This document shows, piece after piece, positions 43,002-52,009 of a stretch of DNA of 64,000 bases (positions are counted from its first letter, which is position 1; every line of letters begins with the position of its first letter). The DNA lies in the IMG/VR virus record IMGVR_UViG_3300009161_000033, positions 28,037-92,036 of that record. The stretch is one strand, 5' to 3'. This DNA is from a virus. A model generated the notes under the pieces. It was given only the letters and a program-made list of their open reading frames with translations. It did not search any database and was not told the DNA's origin. Position numbers and translations under genes: made by a program.

Positions 43002-43604
43002 ATGAAAAAAGCAACAAAAGAAAGTCCTAAAGTTCTTGGGCTTGACGTTTCGTCCAAAACAATTGGATGGGCGTTATTTGACATCCAAACAAGAGAATTA
43101 TTGGAATTAACTCATGTATCACCCGTCCCTAAACCAAAGGAAGAAAATAAAATTAAAGAACTTATTTTAAAGAGTGAAATTTTTAAAACTAAATTAGTTC
43201 AATATAAAGATTTAGGTATTACTAAGGTTATCATTGAGGAACCTTTAATGAATAGTAATAACGTCTACACCATTCAAACCTTACTAAGATTTAATACGTT
43301 AATTACGAAACAAATCTTTGATGTATTAGGAATAGTACCTGATTACGTATCAACATATAATTCAAGAAAATTTGCATTCCCTGAGTTAGTTCGAGAAAAT
43401 GATAAAGGTAAATATGTATTGTTTGGAGGGTTACCAAAAGACTGTGATAAGAAACAAATCATTTGGGATTTGGTAGCGAAAAGAGAACCTCAGATTACTT
43501 GGGCTTACACAAGAAACAATACTCTTAAGAAAGAAAACTTTGACCAAACAGATGCTTATTGTTGTGTATTAGGTTACATGTCCCAAGAAGGAATTTGGAA
43601 ATAA
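43002..43604 (+). CDS. ruvC: RuvC-like Holliday junction resolvase
   Basis: VLGLDVSSKTIGWA, IIEEP, DQTDAY (RuvC acidic tetrad pattern). Confidence 0.8.
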   Translation: MKKATKESPKVLGLDVSSKTIGWALFDIQTRELLELTHVSPVPKPKEENKIKELILKSEIFKTKLVQYKDLGITKVIIEEPLMNSNNVYTIQTLLRFNTLITKQIFDVLGIVPDYVSTYNSRKFAFPELVRENDKGKYVLFGGLPKDCDKKQIIWDLVAKREPQITWAYTRNNTLKKENFDQTDAYCCVLGYMSQEGIWK

Positions 43605-43629
43605 TATCTGTTAAATAACCGATAATCTG

Positions 43630-43662
43630 AAATATCGTCTCTTTGGACGATATTTTTGTTTT
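43630..43662. terminator. Terminator between convergent genes (probably bidirectional)
   Basis: AAATATCGTC-TCTTTG-GACGATATTT, T-run on + strand. Confidence 0.8.
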
Positions 43663-44675
43663 TAACAAGGTACAATATTTAATATTAAACCTGTTGGGTC
43701 AACCTGTAATGAATATTTATTTGTTGGGATAGTATAGTCCTGTAATACACCACCCCATACAGAAATCCAATTATTTCCACCATTAATAGGACTTCCTACT
43801 GGAGTTGTATTATCTCGTAGGATTTGACCAACGGCAAATGACGATGTTGTGGTGTAAGACCTTTCGGCGATAATGCTTGAACATGAAGTACCACTACTTG
43901 AATAAATAGTATCACTTCCTGGTAAACATGAACCACCTGATGTAGGGATTGCACCTATATAAAAGACTGCTTTTATTAGAGAAGGTACAGGTGAAATTGG
44001 ATAACCACCTGATGAAGAAATTATTGTAAATCTCATAGCTTTTTGACCGTAAACAATTGGACCGACTCTACTAGTTGTTCCTGTAATTTCACCAACACCT
44101 AAAGAATCTAAAGTAACCGTAAATGTTGATGTTACACTTTCCGTTAAAGTTATTGAGTTCATAACCGTTGTCCCTGTCATTGAGTTTAATCCATCCCAAT
44201 CTACTTGTATTGTTAGAGTATCAAAAGGGACTCCTAATAATGACGCTTGTCCTGAAAAAAGTGAAAGAGAACTAAAAGCATTTATATAATATGATGAACC
44301 ATACGATGTAAATCTCGTATCAGCGATTCCTGATGGACTTGGAGTTATTGTTGGAGTTATTGTTGGAGTTATTGTTGGTGTTGGAGTTATTGTTGGTGTT
44401 GGGGTCAATGTTGGAGTTACTGATGGGGTTGGACTTGAAGGAAGTTCAATACAACTAAACGTTTCAAATCTCTCACATCCATCCATAGTTATTATTTTAA
44501 TACCTACCGCAGGTGCCGTATTAAACTGATATGGTAAAATTATTGTATTTGAAGGAGGAACTGTTGTACCTATAGAAGCAACAATAATACAATTATTACC
44601 ATACACATCACAAGCATAAACTGTGTATGGTGTTGTAATACTACCTGTTATTGATGTTATTTCTATAGATGTCAT
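43662..44675 (-). CDS. Virion-type protein: small Ig-like N-domain, Thr-Pro linker, C-terminal domain
   Basis: PSSPTPSVTPTLTPTPTITPT tract; N-domain paralogous to 46630-46848; start probably ATG 44675, just after the upstream stop. Confidence 0.6.
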   Translation of the reverse strand: MTSIEITSITGSITTPYTVYACDVYGNNCIIVASIGTTVPPSNTIILPYQFNTAPAVGIKIITMDGCERFETFSCIELPSSPTPSVTPTLTPTPTITPTPTITPTITPTITPSPSGIADTRFTSYGSSYYINAFSSLSLFSGQASLLGVPFDTLTIQVDWDGLNSMTGTTVMNSITLTESVTSTFTVTLDSLGVGEITGTTSRVGPIVYGQKAMRFTIISSSGGYPISPVPSLIKAVFYIGAIPTSGGSCLPGSDTIYSSSGTSCSSIIAERSYTTTSSFAVGQILRDNTTPVGSPINGGNNWISVWGGVLQDYTIPTNKYSLQVDPTGLILNIVPC

Positions 44676-44677
44676 AA

Positions 44678-46633
44678 TTATACTATTGGACAATTACCCC
44701 CAATACAATCACCGTAAGGAGTTATTGAAGTTATATTTCCTGACGATATAATAAACGGTGTTGTTAATGAACAGAATTTAGGACTTGATGAATAATTATT
44801 TACATGTATTGTCTGTAGAACATTATCACAGTCATAATAAACTACGCTAATACCCGTTGATGTACCTTTAATAGGTCCACTGTTTGATACCGAGTAACAT
44901 TTACAAACTAAAGGAGGGCAAACTCCGTCAGAACAGATACCAAGATTGGTAATCGTAAAAGGATTCAGTGAAGTTCCGATAGGTGTTGTTAATGAACAAA
45001 CATATTGTGGTATAACATCTGAAGTTGTGACATTTTGAGAAATTCCATTACAATCCACGTAAGTGTAATTACAGATTAAGTCACTTATCAATTCATAACA
45101 ATAACAAGGAATACCACTTGGTGTTGGTGTTAAAGTAGGTGTAGGAGTCGGAGTTGAACTTGGAATAACAATACAAGAGAAACAACCTCCTAAATTAGAA
45201 TATCCTAATGGACCATCAATTAAATCAATAGTATTAACCCCAATTATACTGTTATTAACCCCAACGTATGATACACATTTAAGTACGCCATCAATGTATG
45301 CCTTAAATACCATAAATTCTTCTAAAGTATCCCCTGAAGGAGTTGGAACTGAATTTGTTGTATAATACATCATACCGTTAGTACAATCTTGAAATTGTTT
45401 ACTTGTTGGACAATCAAACTGACCATCAACAGTTGTAAATGATACGTCACCTAATACATTACAAGGTCTTGTAACAATAGGGGTTGAACTTGGGGTTACT
45501 GTAGGTGTTGGTGTAGGTGTTGGACTATAACTATTAATTGTTGCGTCAATTGAAACATCAACACAAAGGTCAATTACTGGTGTAGGAGTTGGTGTTGGAG
45601 TATGAGTAGGTGTGACACTTGGTGTAGGAGTTGGCTCAACTAAACAATCAAATATTGCGTCAAAATCAAAAGTAGTACATGCAAGTGTTGTTGTGGTAGT
45701 TGTTGGACAAATACCCTCAAAAAAGTATTCTTCACATAAGTCAGGACATTTTGAAAAACAAGGTGACTTACCTGACAGTAAACAAAAACCACCTAAACTT
45801 GTTGATAAACACCATTGTAAGTCAGTTGTATTGTAATAAATAAAATAGTATCCAGTAGTACTCCTCCAAAAATTGTAACCATCATAAGTACCGTCTAAAG
45901 TATATGTATCATCATAATCATTACCCGTATTAGTAATACAATATTCGTCTGAACATGGGCCACAATTAGGATTTTCTGAACAAAGTCCTAAATTAGTGAC
46001 GACTACAGTACAACTAATGTCAAATGTAGGTTCTGCCAATGAACATAAAGAATTGTTATAACCTTCTAAATTTATAACTATTATACTACCTGTACCACAC
46101 TCTACATATGTTATATCACATCCACCAATGTCATCAACATCTATTTGATAACAGTTACAACAAGGATAATCTATAATACAGGTTGTACAATCGGGATATT
46201 TATAAACAACTTCTCCGTATACTTGATTACCAAGAGGGATAATACTACCATAAACATCAATAGACATTAATGTATAACAACCTAAAATTAGTGATGGTGT
46301 TATACAATCGGCTGCGTTCGTAAATTCGGAAAAACTATAACTCACCCCAATACTTGAAGGTTGGAAAGGAAATGAGACATCATTACTCCCTAATAAATAA
46401 AAAACATCACTACTACAACAACTACTAAAAGAAAATATGTATCTTGTATCCCAAACATCAACAGTCAAATTAGGGTTTGGTACAAAAGTAAGTAAGTCTG
46501 CGGTAATGAAATATTCTTGACTGTCTTGAACAGTTATACTACAAGAGTTACCATTACAATCGGTAAAACTTTGTCCCTGAGGGCCTCCACTACTATTATT
46601 TAGCTGATATGATGAACAAATTATACTACTCAT
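44678..46633 (-). CDS. Cys-rich, Thr-Pro-rich repeat protein (putative fibre/decoration)
   Basis: Multiple CxCY...YxDC.G...CS...LGxC modules and four PT/T tracts. Confidence 0.65.
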   Translation of the reverse strand: MSSIICSSYQLNNSSGGPQGQSFTDCNGNSCSITVQDSQEYFITADLLTFVPNPNLTVDVWDTRYIFSFSSCCSSDVFYLLGSNDVSFPFQPSSIGVSYSFSEFTNAADCITPSLILGCYTLMSIDVYGSIIPLGNQVYGEVVYKYPDCTTCIIDYPCCNCYQIDVDDIGGCDITYVECGTGSIIVINLEGYNNSLCSLAEPTFDISCTVVVTNLGLCSENPNCGPCSDEYCITNTGNDYDDTYTLDGTYDGYNFWRSTTGYYFIYYNTTDLQWCLSTSLGGFCLLSGKSPCFSKCPDLCEEYFFEGICPTTTTTTLACTTFDFDAIFDCLVEPTPTPSVTPTHTPTPTPTPVIDLCVDVSIDATINSYSPTPTPTPTVTPSSTPIVTRPCNVLGDVSFTTVDGQFDCPTSKQFQDCTNGMMYYTTNSVPTPSGDTLEEFMVFKAYIDGVLKCVSYVGVNNSIIGVNTIDLIDGPLGYSNLGGCFSCIVIPSSTPTPTPTLTPTPSGIPCYCYELISDLICNYTYVDCNGISQNVTTSDVIPQYVCSLTTPIGTSLNPFTITNLGICSDGVCPPLVCKCYSVSNSGPIKGTSTGISVVYYDCDNVLQTIHVNNYSSSPKFCSLTTPFIISSGNITSITPYGDCIGGNCPIV

Positions 46634-46848
46634 GATATTATTAATGTTTGAGTGATTATACAGTCATTATTATCTATAACTTTTAAATTAAATTCAGTTT
46701 GGCTTGATAAAATTGAAGGAACCTCAAATGTATATGGTAAACTTGAAATGGTATCCACATAAAAACAAGTTGTTATGGGATTATCGCATAAATAAACATC
46801 AAAAGGGGTTGACCCTGTAATATCGTTAATCGTAATGTCTGTTGGCAT
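46630..46848 (-). CDS. Small 72-aa beta protein (stand-alone copy of the N-domain of 43662-44675)
   Basis: ITINDITGSTPFDVYLCD...C...KVIDNNDC; minus-strand TATTTAT at 46863-46869. Confidence 0.65.
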   Translation of the reverse strand: MPTDITINDITGSTPFDVYLCDNPITTCFYVDTISSLPYTFEVPSILSSQTEFNLKVIDNNDCIITQTLIIS

Positions 46849-46895
46849 TTTATTCTTTTATAATAAATATAATAGGGTAGCAAAACTTGTGAAGA

Positions 46896-46924
46896 TTGAC
46901 TACTATTATTATTTTTCTTATTTT
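46896..46924 (+). promoter_or_regulatory. Sigma70-type promoter TTGACT-N17-TATTTT for primase
   Basis: Matches the class at 10316 and 48679; ATG lies 6 nt after the -10 box. Confidence 0.55.
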
Positions 46925-46930
46925 TAGTTC

Positions 46931-47830
46931 ATGTCTGACGATGCCGAAATCTTAATTGAGTTATTAACTGATGTTCTTGGTGACCCAAAACAACATTATG
47001 AAAACAAAGGTCAAATCGCCTTTGACTGTCCTGCCTGTGATGAAGATAGACACAAGGGAAACCTTGAGATAAACTATTTCTCACATGTGTACAAATGTTG
47101 GTCCTGTAGTGACGTTAACAACATGCACGGACCTTTAGGTAAATTATTTGACAAGTTCGGAAATAAAAAACAAAAGAAAGTTTACAACGTTCTACAACCC
47201 GAGGAATTTAAACCTAAGGAAAAAAAAGTTGTCAAACTAAGGTTACCCGAAAATTTCACAACCTTTAAGGACTCAAGTCCCGTTTATCCTATTAGACGAC
47301 AAGCCTATAACTATCTGAAGAACAGAGGGATTACAGATGAGATTATTGAAAAATATGGTATTGGGTTTTGTGATACGGGTAGTCATGGTGGACGTATCAT
47401 CGTTCCATCATATGATAAGAAAGGTGAGTTGACCTATTATATTGCTAGAAGTTGGGACCCTAACAGTAGAGCAAAATACAAGAACCCCGAAGCGGAGAAG
47501 GATAAAATAATCTTCAATGAGAGTCTGATTGATTGGAAAAAAGACATATATTTAGTTGAAGGAGTTTTTGATGGATTCTTTCTACCCAACAGTATTCCAA
47601 TGTTAGGAAAACATTTATCCTCACTATTATTTGAAAGTTTATATAATAAGGCCAAGAAAAATATTATAGTTGCGTTAGATGGTGACGCATACGAAAATGG
47701 ATTAAAAACATACCACGAATTAAATGGTGGTGATTTATATGGTAGGATTAAAATCGTTAAACTACCAAAAGATAAAGATGTCTGTGACTTAAAAGGACAG
47801 ATTGATGAATATTATATAACAATTAGATGA
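46931..47830 (+). CDS. dnaG: DNA primase (Zn-finger + TOPRIM)
   Basis: CPAC...CWSC, YLKNRGI, RIIVP, KYKNP, LVEGVFD, VALDGDA. Confidence 0.9.
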   Translation: MSDDAEILIELLTDVLGDPKQHYENKGQIAFDCPACDEDRHKGNLEINYFSHVYKCWSCSDVNNMHGPLGKLFDKFGNKKQKKVYNVLQPEEFKPKEKKVVKLRLPENFTTFKDSSPVYPIRRQAYNYLKNRGITDEIIEKYGIGFCDTGSHGGRIIVPSYDKKGELTYYIARSWDPNSRAKYKNPEAEKDKIIFNESLIDWKKDIYLVEGVFDGFFLPNSIPMLGKHLSSLLFESLYNKAKKNIIVALDGDAYENGLKTYHELNGGDLYGRIKIVKLPKDKDVCDLKGQIDEYYITIR

Positions 47831-48690
47831 CAGAAGATTTAAATGAAATAGCGAAAGAGATTCGTGAGATTTTACAAAAAAGGAGAGATGAATTAGAATT
47901 AACTTTCGTTGAAGATACCCATACTTACTACATGAAGGATTTAAAGGGTGAGATTAAAGATGATTATCCCTCAGTGAGTAAAGTAATGAAACTTTTTTAT
48001 GAGGAGTTTGACAGTGAAGGTATTTCATATAAGAAAGCTAAAGGGGACCCTGAGGTTCAACAACAATTACTTGATGAATGGAAAGCCGCGGGTGATTACT
48101 CAACAAATATGGGGAGTAGAGTTCACTATATATTGGAGAAAAAACTTATTGAAATGTTTGGGGATTATAAAGAAGTGAGACAACCAATCTTTGACTGTGA
48201 CTTTACCCAAATATTAAAAGGAGATTCCATGGTAGTTGCAGGAAGTAATTACTTAGACCTAATGATAGAGAGAGGGGCTATCCTTCTTGATACGGAGATT
48301 GTGTTAGGGGACCCTGAGTTAGGATATACAGGACAACCCGATAAGGTATGGTTAATTTTCAATAAAGAGATGACCGAGTTTGGTATTGTTATTACCGATT
48401 GGAAATCAAATAAACCAAAAAACTTTGAGGAAAACCATTTCACTAAAAAAATGAAATATCCATTCCAAAAACACCCAAACAATGCTTTGGGTCACTACTT
48501 CACCCAATTACCATTTTATGGTAAGTTATTACTTAAAATGTTGAAAGGTACGAAATACGAACACCTTAAATTATACGGGTGTATTGTTGTGTTAGTTAAA
48601 GAAAATGGTGAATATGAAGAATTCAGAGTCCCTAAAGATGTTATCAATACTATATTGGATATGGACATGTCAAAATATTTGACAAAATAA
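47827..48690 (+). CDS. PD-(D/E)XK exonuclease
   Basis: PSVS, GSRVH, GQPDK, ITDWKSN, QLPFY. Confidence 0.8.
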   Translation: MTEDLNEIAKEIREILQKRRDELELTFVEDTHTYYMKDLKGEIKDDYPSVSKVMKLFYEEFDSEGISYKKAKGDPEVQQQLLDEWKAAGDYSTNMGSRVHYILEKKLIEMFGDYKEVRQPIFDCDFTQILKGDSMVVAGSNYLDLMIERGAILLDTEIVLGDPELGYTGQPDKVWLIFNKEMTEFGIVITDWKSNKPKNFEENHFTKKMKYPFQKHPNNALGHYFTQLPFYGKLLLKMLKGTKYEHLKLYGCIVVLVKENGEYEEFRVPKDVINTILDMDMSKYLTK

Positions 48691-48707
48691 ACTAAAAGAA
48701 CTATACT
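48679..48707 (+). promoter_or_regulatory. Sigma70-type promoter TTGACA-N17-TATACT
   Basis: Identical hexamers and spacing to the 10316 promoter. Confidence 0.8.
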
Positions 48708-48712
48708 TTATC

Positions 48713-48805
48713 ATGGAAAGTAGAATAACACTTGCGTGGACTTACACCACAACTTGGGATGATTTTGTCCCAAACGGATTAACAATAAATTATATAATTA
48801 AATAA
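48713..48805 (+). CDS. Possible 30-aa peptide MESRITLAWTYTTTWDDFVPNGLTINYIIK
   Basis: ATG 5 nt after the -10 box; stop abuts the next ATG at 48807. Confidence 0.45.
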   Translation: MESRITLAWTYTTTWDDFVPNGLTINYIIK

Positions 48806-48806
48806 A

Positions 48807-49043
48807 ATGGACGATATTTTAAAACCAAAAATTAACCTTAAAAAACAACCAACTGTTGAATGTGAAAAATGCTCCTCAAAATATTTTAGAGAAGTAGTTT
48901 TAATTAAGAAAGTTTCTAAACTAATGACGGGTAGTTCTGATGATACATTAGTTCCATTCCCTACATACCGATGTGATGACTGTGGACATGTGAATCCAGA
49001 TTTCGCATTATTTGACGAAGATAATAAAACAAACTTAGTTTAA
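48807..49043 (+). CDS. Zinc-ribbon protein
   Basis: CEKC...CDDCG. Confidence 0.7.
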   Translation: MDDILKPKINLKKQPTVECEKCSSKYFREVVLIKKVSKLMTGSSDDTLVPFPTYRCDDCGHVNPDFALFDEDNKTNLV

Positions 49044-49045
49044 AC

Positions 49046-49255
49046 ATGACCCACAAAGAGTTTTTTATTTGGTTGGATGGGTTCATGACCAATAGATGTT
49101 GGACAGTCATCCAACAATCCGACATTGAAGGAATTCAGAATAAAATGAAAGAGGTTAAAGATGAATTTAACTTTGATGATTTTATAAAAAAAGGTAAACA
49201 TAGAACATTTGGTGAACCAATAATCGTTGACTCAAAAGAACAATTAAATGACTAA
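49046..49255 (+). CDS. Hypothetical protein
   Basis: MTHKEFFIWLDGF start; coupled ORF. Confidence 0.6.
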   Translation: MTHKEFFIWLDGFMTNRCWTVIQQSDIEGIQNKMKEVKDEFNFDDFIKKGKHRTFGEPIIVDSKEQLND

Positions 49256-49496
49256 CATAAGTAAAATATTAATGATATTTGGAATTTTTATTTTAGGTAT
49301 CGCTATGGGGCTCTTAATTGAAAAGTCTAAACCTATTAAAGTTATTACAATAACTAACACCGATACAACATTGGTTAATCAAGTTCAAGAACTTGAAGAA
49401 CAGAATGAATTACTTTTAGACGAATTACAACTGAAAGAGAGTGAAATTAGTTATTGGGGTAGGAAGTATGAAGAAGAGAAAAAGAATTTAAAATGA
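49248..49496 (+). CDS. Small membrane-anchored coiled-coil protein
   Basis: N-terminal TM ILMIFGIFILGIAMGLLI plus coiled coil. Confidence 0.6.
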   Translation: MTNISKILMIFGIFILGIAMGLLIEKSKPIKVITITNTDTTLVNQVQELEEQNELLLDELQLKESEISYWGRKYEEEKKNLK

Positions 49497-49666
49497 AAGA
49501 AGAACAGAAAAAAGAAGTAGATGAAAAAATAAAAAGTATTGCTGATGATATTGCAAAATCAACATCAAAAGTTGGTGATACAAATGAAACTTATGACAAG
49601 CGTAAAAAACAATCGGAAGTAATGCTTTTTAGTCTGTGTGAAATGTATAAAATAGCGTACTCTTAA
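49493..49666 (+). CDS. Hypothetical 57-aa protein missing from the track (MKEEQKKEVDEKIKSIADD...)
   Basis: ATGA overlap with the upstream stop; fills the gap. Confidence 0.55.
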   Translation: MKEEQKKEVDEKIKSIADDIAKSTSKVGDTNETYDKRKKQSEVMLFSLCEMYKIAYS

Positions 49667-49683
49667 AATTTAAAAATAAAATA

Positions 49684-49893
49684 ATGGATAGTTTACAAAT
49701 CAAGGCTCACATAGAGGATAAAACAGAGACCAAGAACAATATGCACAGATTATGGGAGTATGTCAATGACCTAAACTTAAATGTGGGGTTATCTAAAAGT
49801 ACCATGGATGAATTACAAGCAAAGATTAGTAGTAAGATTGCCCAATGTGAAAAAAGTATTCAAGACCATGAAGAAGAGAAAAACAAAAAGTAA
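49684..49893 (+). CDS. Hypothetical protein
   Basis: Coupled ORF (TAATG with next gene). Confidence 0.55.
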   Translation: MDSLQIKAHIEDKTETKNNMHRLWEYVNDLNLNVGLSKSTMDELQAKISSKIAQCEKSIQDHEEEKNKK

Positions 49894-50672
49894 TGATTAA
49901 AAAACTAGTACACTTCTCTGATTTACATGTCAGATTATTTAAAGACCATGAACTTTATCGTGGTATTCTGATTGATATGTTTAATCAGTTTAAAGAGATT
50001 GCTCCTGATAGAATTGTCTTCACGGGTGATTTAGTACACTCTAAAAATCAAATGACTCCTGAACTTATTGAGTTCGTTGCGTGGACATTGACAGAATGTT
50101 CTAAGATTGCTAAAACAGTTTTGATTATTGGTAATCATGATTTCTTGGAGAACAACATGTCAAGATTAGACGCGTTAACGCCAATCATTGATTCATTACA
50201 AGATGAGAACATTGTTTATTTGAAAAACAGAGGTGTTTATGAAGACCAAAACATTGATTGGGTTGTTTACTCATTAATGGACCACAACATTCCACCTGAT
50301 ATTGAAAAAACAGATAGATTGAAGATTGGATTGTTCCATGGACCCGTTCAAGGTTTAACGACTGACATCGGATACAAATTTGAAACAGGATTTGAATCTG
50401 ATAAATTTGATGGTTGTGATTTGGTTTTATGTGGAGATATTCACAAACGACAAGTGTTTAATATCCCTGGTGGTAAGAAAGCTTATATGGTCGGGTCAAC
50501 CATCCAACAGAACTTTGGGGAAACGATTAACAAACATGGGTATGGAATTTATGATGTTGAAAATGACAAGTATGAATTTGTTGATTTGAAAAACTCAAAA
50601 CCTTTCCTATCTTTTAAACTAAAATCATTTGATGATATTATAGATGGGACAGAAAGACTCGCAAATGTATAA
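49893..50672 (+). CDS. sbcD: SbcD/Mre11-like metallophosphoesterase nuclease (T4 gp47-like)
   Basis: SDLH, GDLVH, GNHD, LFHG, GDIHK, GSTIQQNFGE. Confidence 0.88.
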   Translation: MIKKLVHFSDLHVRLFKDHELYRGILIDMFNQFKEIAPDRIVFTGDLVHSKNQMTPELIEFVAWTLTECSKIAKTVLIIGNHDFLENNMSRLDALTPIIDSLQDENIVYLKNRGVYEDQNIDWVVYSLMDHNIPPDIEKTDRLKIGLFHGPVQGLTTDIGYKFETGFESDKFDGCDLVLCGDIHKRQVFNIPGGKKAYMVGSTIQQNFGETINKHGYGIYDVENDKYEFVDLKNSKPFLSFKLKSFDDIIDGTERLANV

Positions 50673-51354
50673 CATTGATATTAAGAATACCAAAGAAATT
50701 TACGATTATTGTTTATTAAACAAAATATTAGATATTGATGGATTCATTAACAAATGTTTTAAGAATGGATTCCATACTGAGAAATACGGACTATTGGGAA
50801 AACCACTTAATGATGGTGAAAAAGACTTAAAAACAGACGGGATTGGTGAAAAACAGTTGGAAATTGAGGTAATACGAGAAATACGGGTGGAAGTACCTGT
50901 TGAGGTTATCAAAGAGGTAGAGAAAATAGTTGAAGTGATTAAGGAGATACCCGTTGATAGAGTGGTTATTCAAGAAGTGATTAAGGAAGTCCCTGTTGAA
51001 AAAATTATCCAAGTCTCTGATGATACTCAAATAAATGAACTGTTGTTAAAAATACAACAGTTGGAAAACGAAACGTCTAAAAAAGATGAAAAGTTAGACG
51101 AACTTAGACGTAATTTAGACATTGCTTTAGACAAACCACCTGTTGAGAAAATTGTTGAGGTTGTTAAGGAAGTTGAGAAAACTAATGACAGAACCTTGAT
51201 GTTACAGGAAACATTAAATAAATTACGTAAGGAACTTACCGATAAAAATAGTAAGATTACGGAACTTGAGGGGACTATCAAAAATTTAGAACAAATAAAT
51301 AAAAATCAAGGTGCGGTCTATATGAAAGGGTCAAACCTATCACAAAATTTATAA
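50665..51354 (+). CDS. Coiled-coil protein with EVIKEVPV (articulin/alveolin-like) repeats
   Basis: EIRVEVPVEVIKEVEKIVEVIKEIPVDRVVIQEVIKEVPVEKII; start probably ATG 50665. Confidence 0.6.
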   Translation: MYNIDIKNTKEIYDYCLLNKILDIDGFINKCFKNGFHTEKYGLLGKPLNDGEKDLKTDGIGEKQLEIEVIREIRVEVPVEVIKEVEKIVEVIKEIPVDRVVIQEVIKEVPVEKIIQVSDDTQINELLLKIQQLENETSKKDEKLDELRRNLDIALDKPPVEKIVEVVKEVEKTNDRTLMLQETLNKLRKELTDKNSKITELEGTIKNLEQINKNQGAVYMKGSNLSQNL

Positions 51355-51358
51355 AATT

Positions 51359-51706
51359 ATGATAATATTAGTATGGTTATTAATTGCTTATGGAATGACT
51401 AACATTCTTGTTTACGGTTCCATATTCCAAGGGATGAGAAATTGGTTTAATAAAATGGGTAATAGAGAGTATCTACCATTTAATGGGGTATTCAAATTTA
51501 TCTCAGACCTGTTATCTTGTATGATGTGTACAAGTACATGGGTAGGTTTTTTCTTATCTTTGGTATTTTATTCACCATCACAAACTTTCTTTGGACATAA
51601 TGATTTTATTTCACTATTCTTTGATGGGATGTTAGCGTCAGGATTTGTTTGGGCGTTTAACGGGATGGTAGAATGGTTTGAAGAAAATAGACCAACAAAA
51701 AATTAA
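51359..51706 (+). CDS. DUF1360-like membrane protein
   Basis: TM segments with LLSCMMCTSTWVG motif. Confidence 0.65.
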   Translation: MIILVWLLIAYGMTNILVYGSIFQGMRNWFNKMGNREYLPFNGVFKFISDLLSCMMCTSTWVGFFLSLVFYSPSQTFFGHNDFISLFFDGMLASGFVWAFNGMVEWFEENRPTKN

Positions 51707-51735
51707 AACTAAATAACAAATAAAAAATAACAATT

Positions 51736-52008
51736 ATGCCAAAGTCAAAATTACGTGGTGGTGCGAAAGCACACAAAGCAAGAGTTACAAAAAGAAACGA
51801 AAAATTAACAATTGAAAGAAAACAAGCTGAAAAACAGTACATGCAACTGATGGAACAACGTTTACAAGAATTCCAAAACAAATTTTCAGGCATGACAGAA
51901 ACAGATGAGTTAAATGCTGAGAACGTTGTTGACGTTTTAACTAACGAGGAACCAATTCAAGAAGATGTTAAACCAATTGAAGACGAGGTTTCTGAATTAG
52001 AAAAATAA
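51736..52008 (+). CDS. Hypothetical protein (basic N-term, acidic C-term)
   Basis: MPKSKLRGGAKAHKARV...; A-rich leader. Confidence 0.6.
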   Translation: MPKSKLRGGAKAHKARVTKRNEKLTIERKQAEKQYMQLMEQRLQEFQNKFSGMTETDELNAENVVDVLTNEEPIQEDVKPIEDEVSELEK

Positions 52009-52009
52009 A

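Noticed and set aside
43002-43604. Cas9/Cas12/TnpB-like RuvC effector
   Set aside because: Only 200 aa, with no HNH, Zn-finger or bridge regions and no array or transposon ends; fits a stand-alone resolvase.
34976-46848. Diversity-generating retroelement targeting fibre genes
   Set aside because: No reverse transcriptase in the window and no near-identical TR/VR pair differing at adenines was seen; the Cys modules are diverged at all positions.
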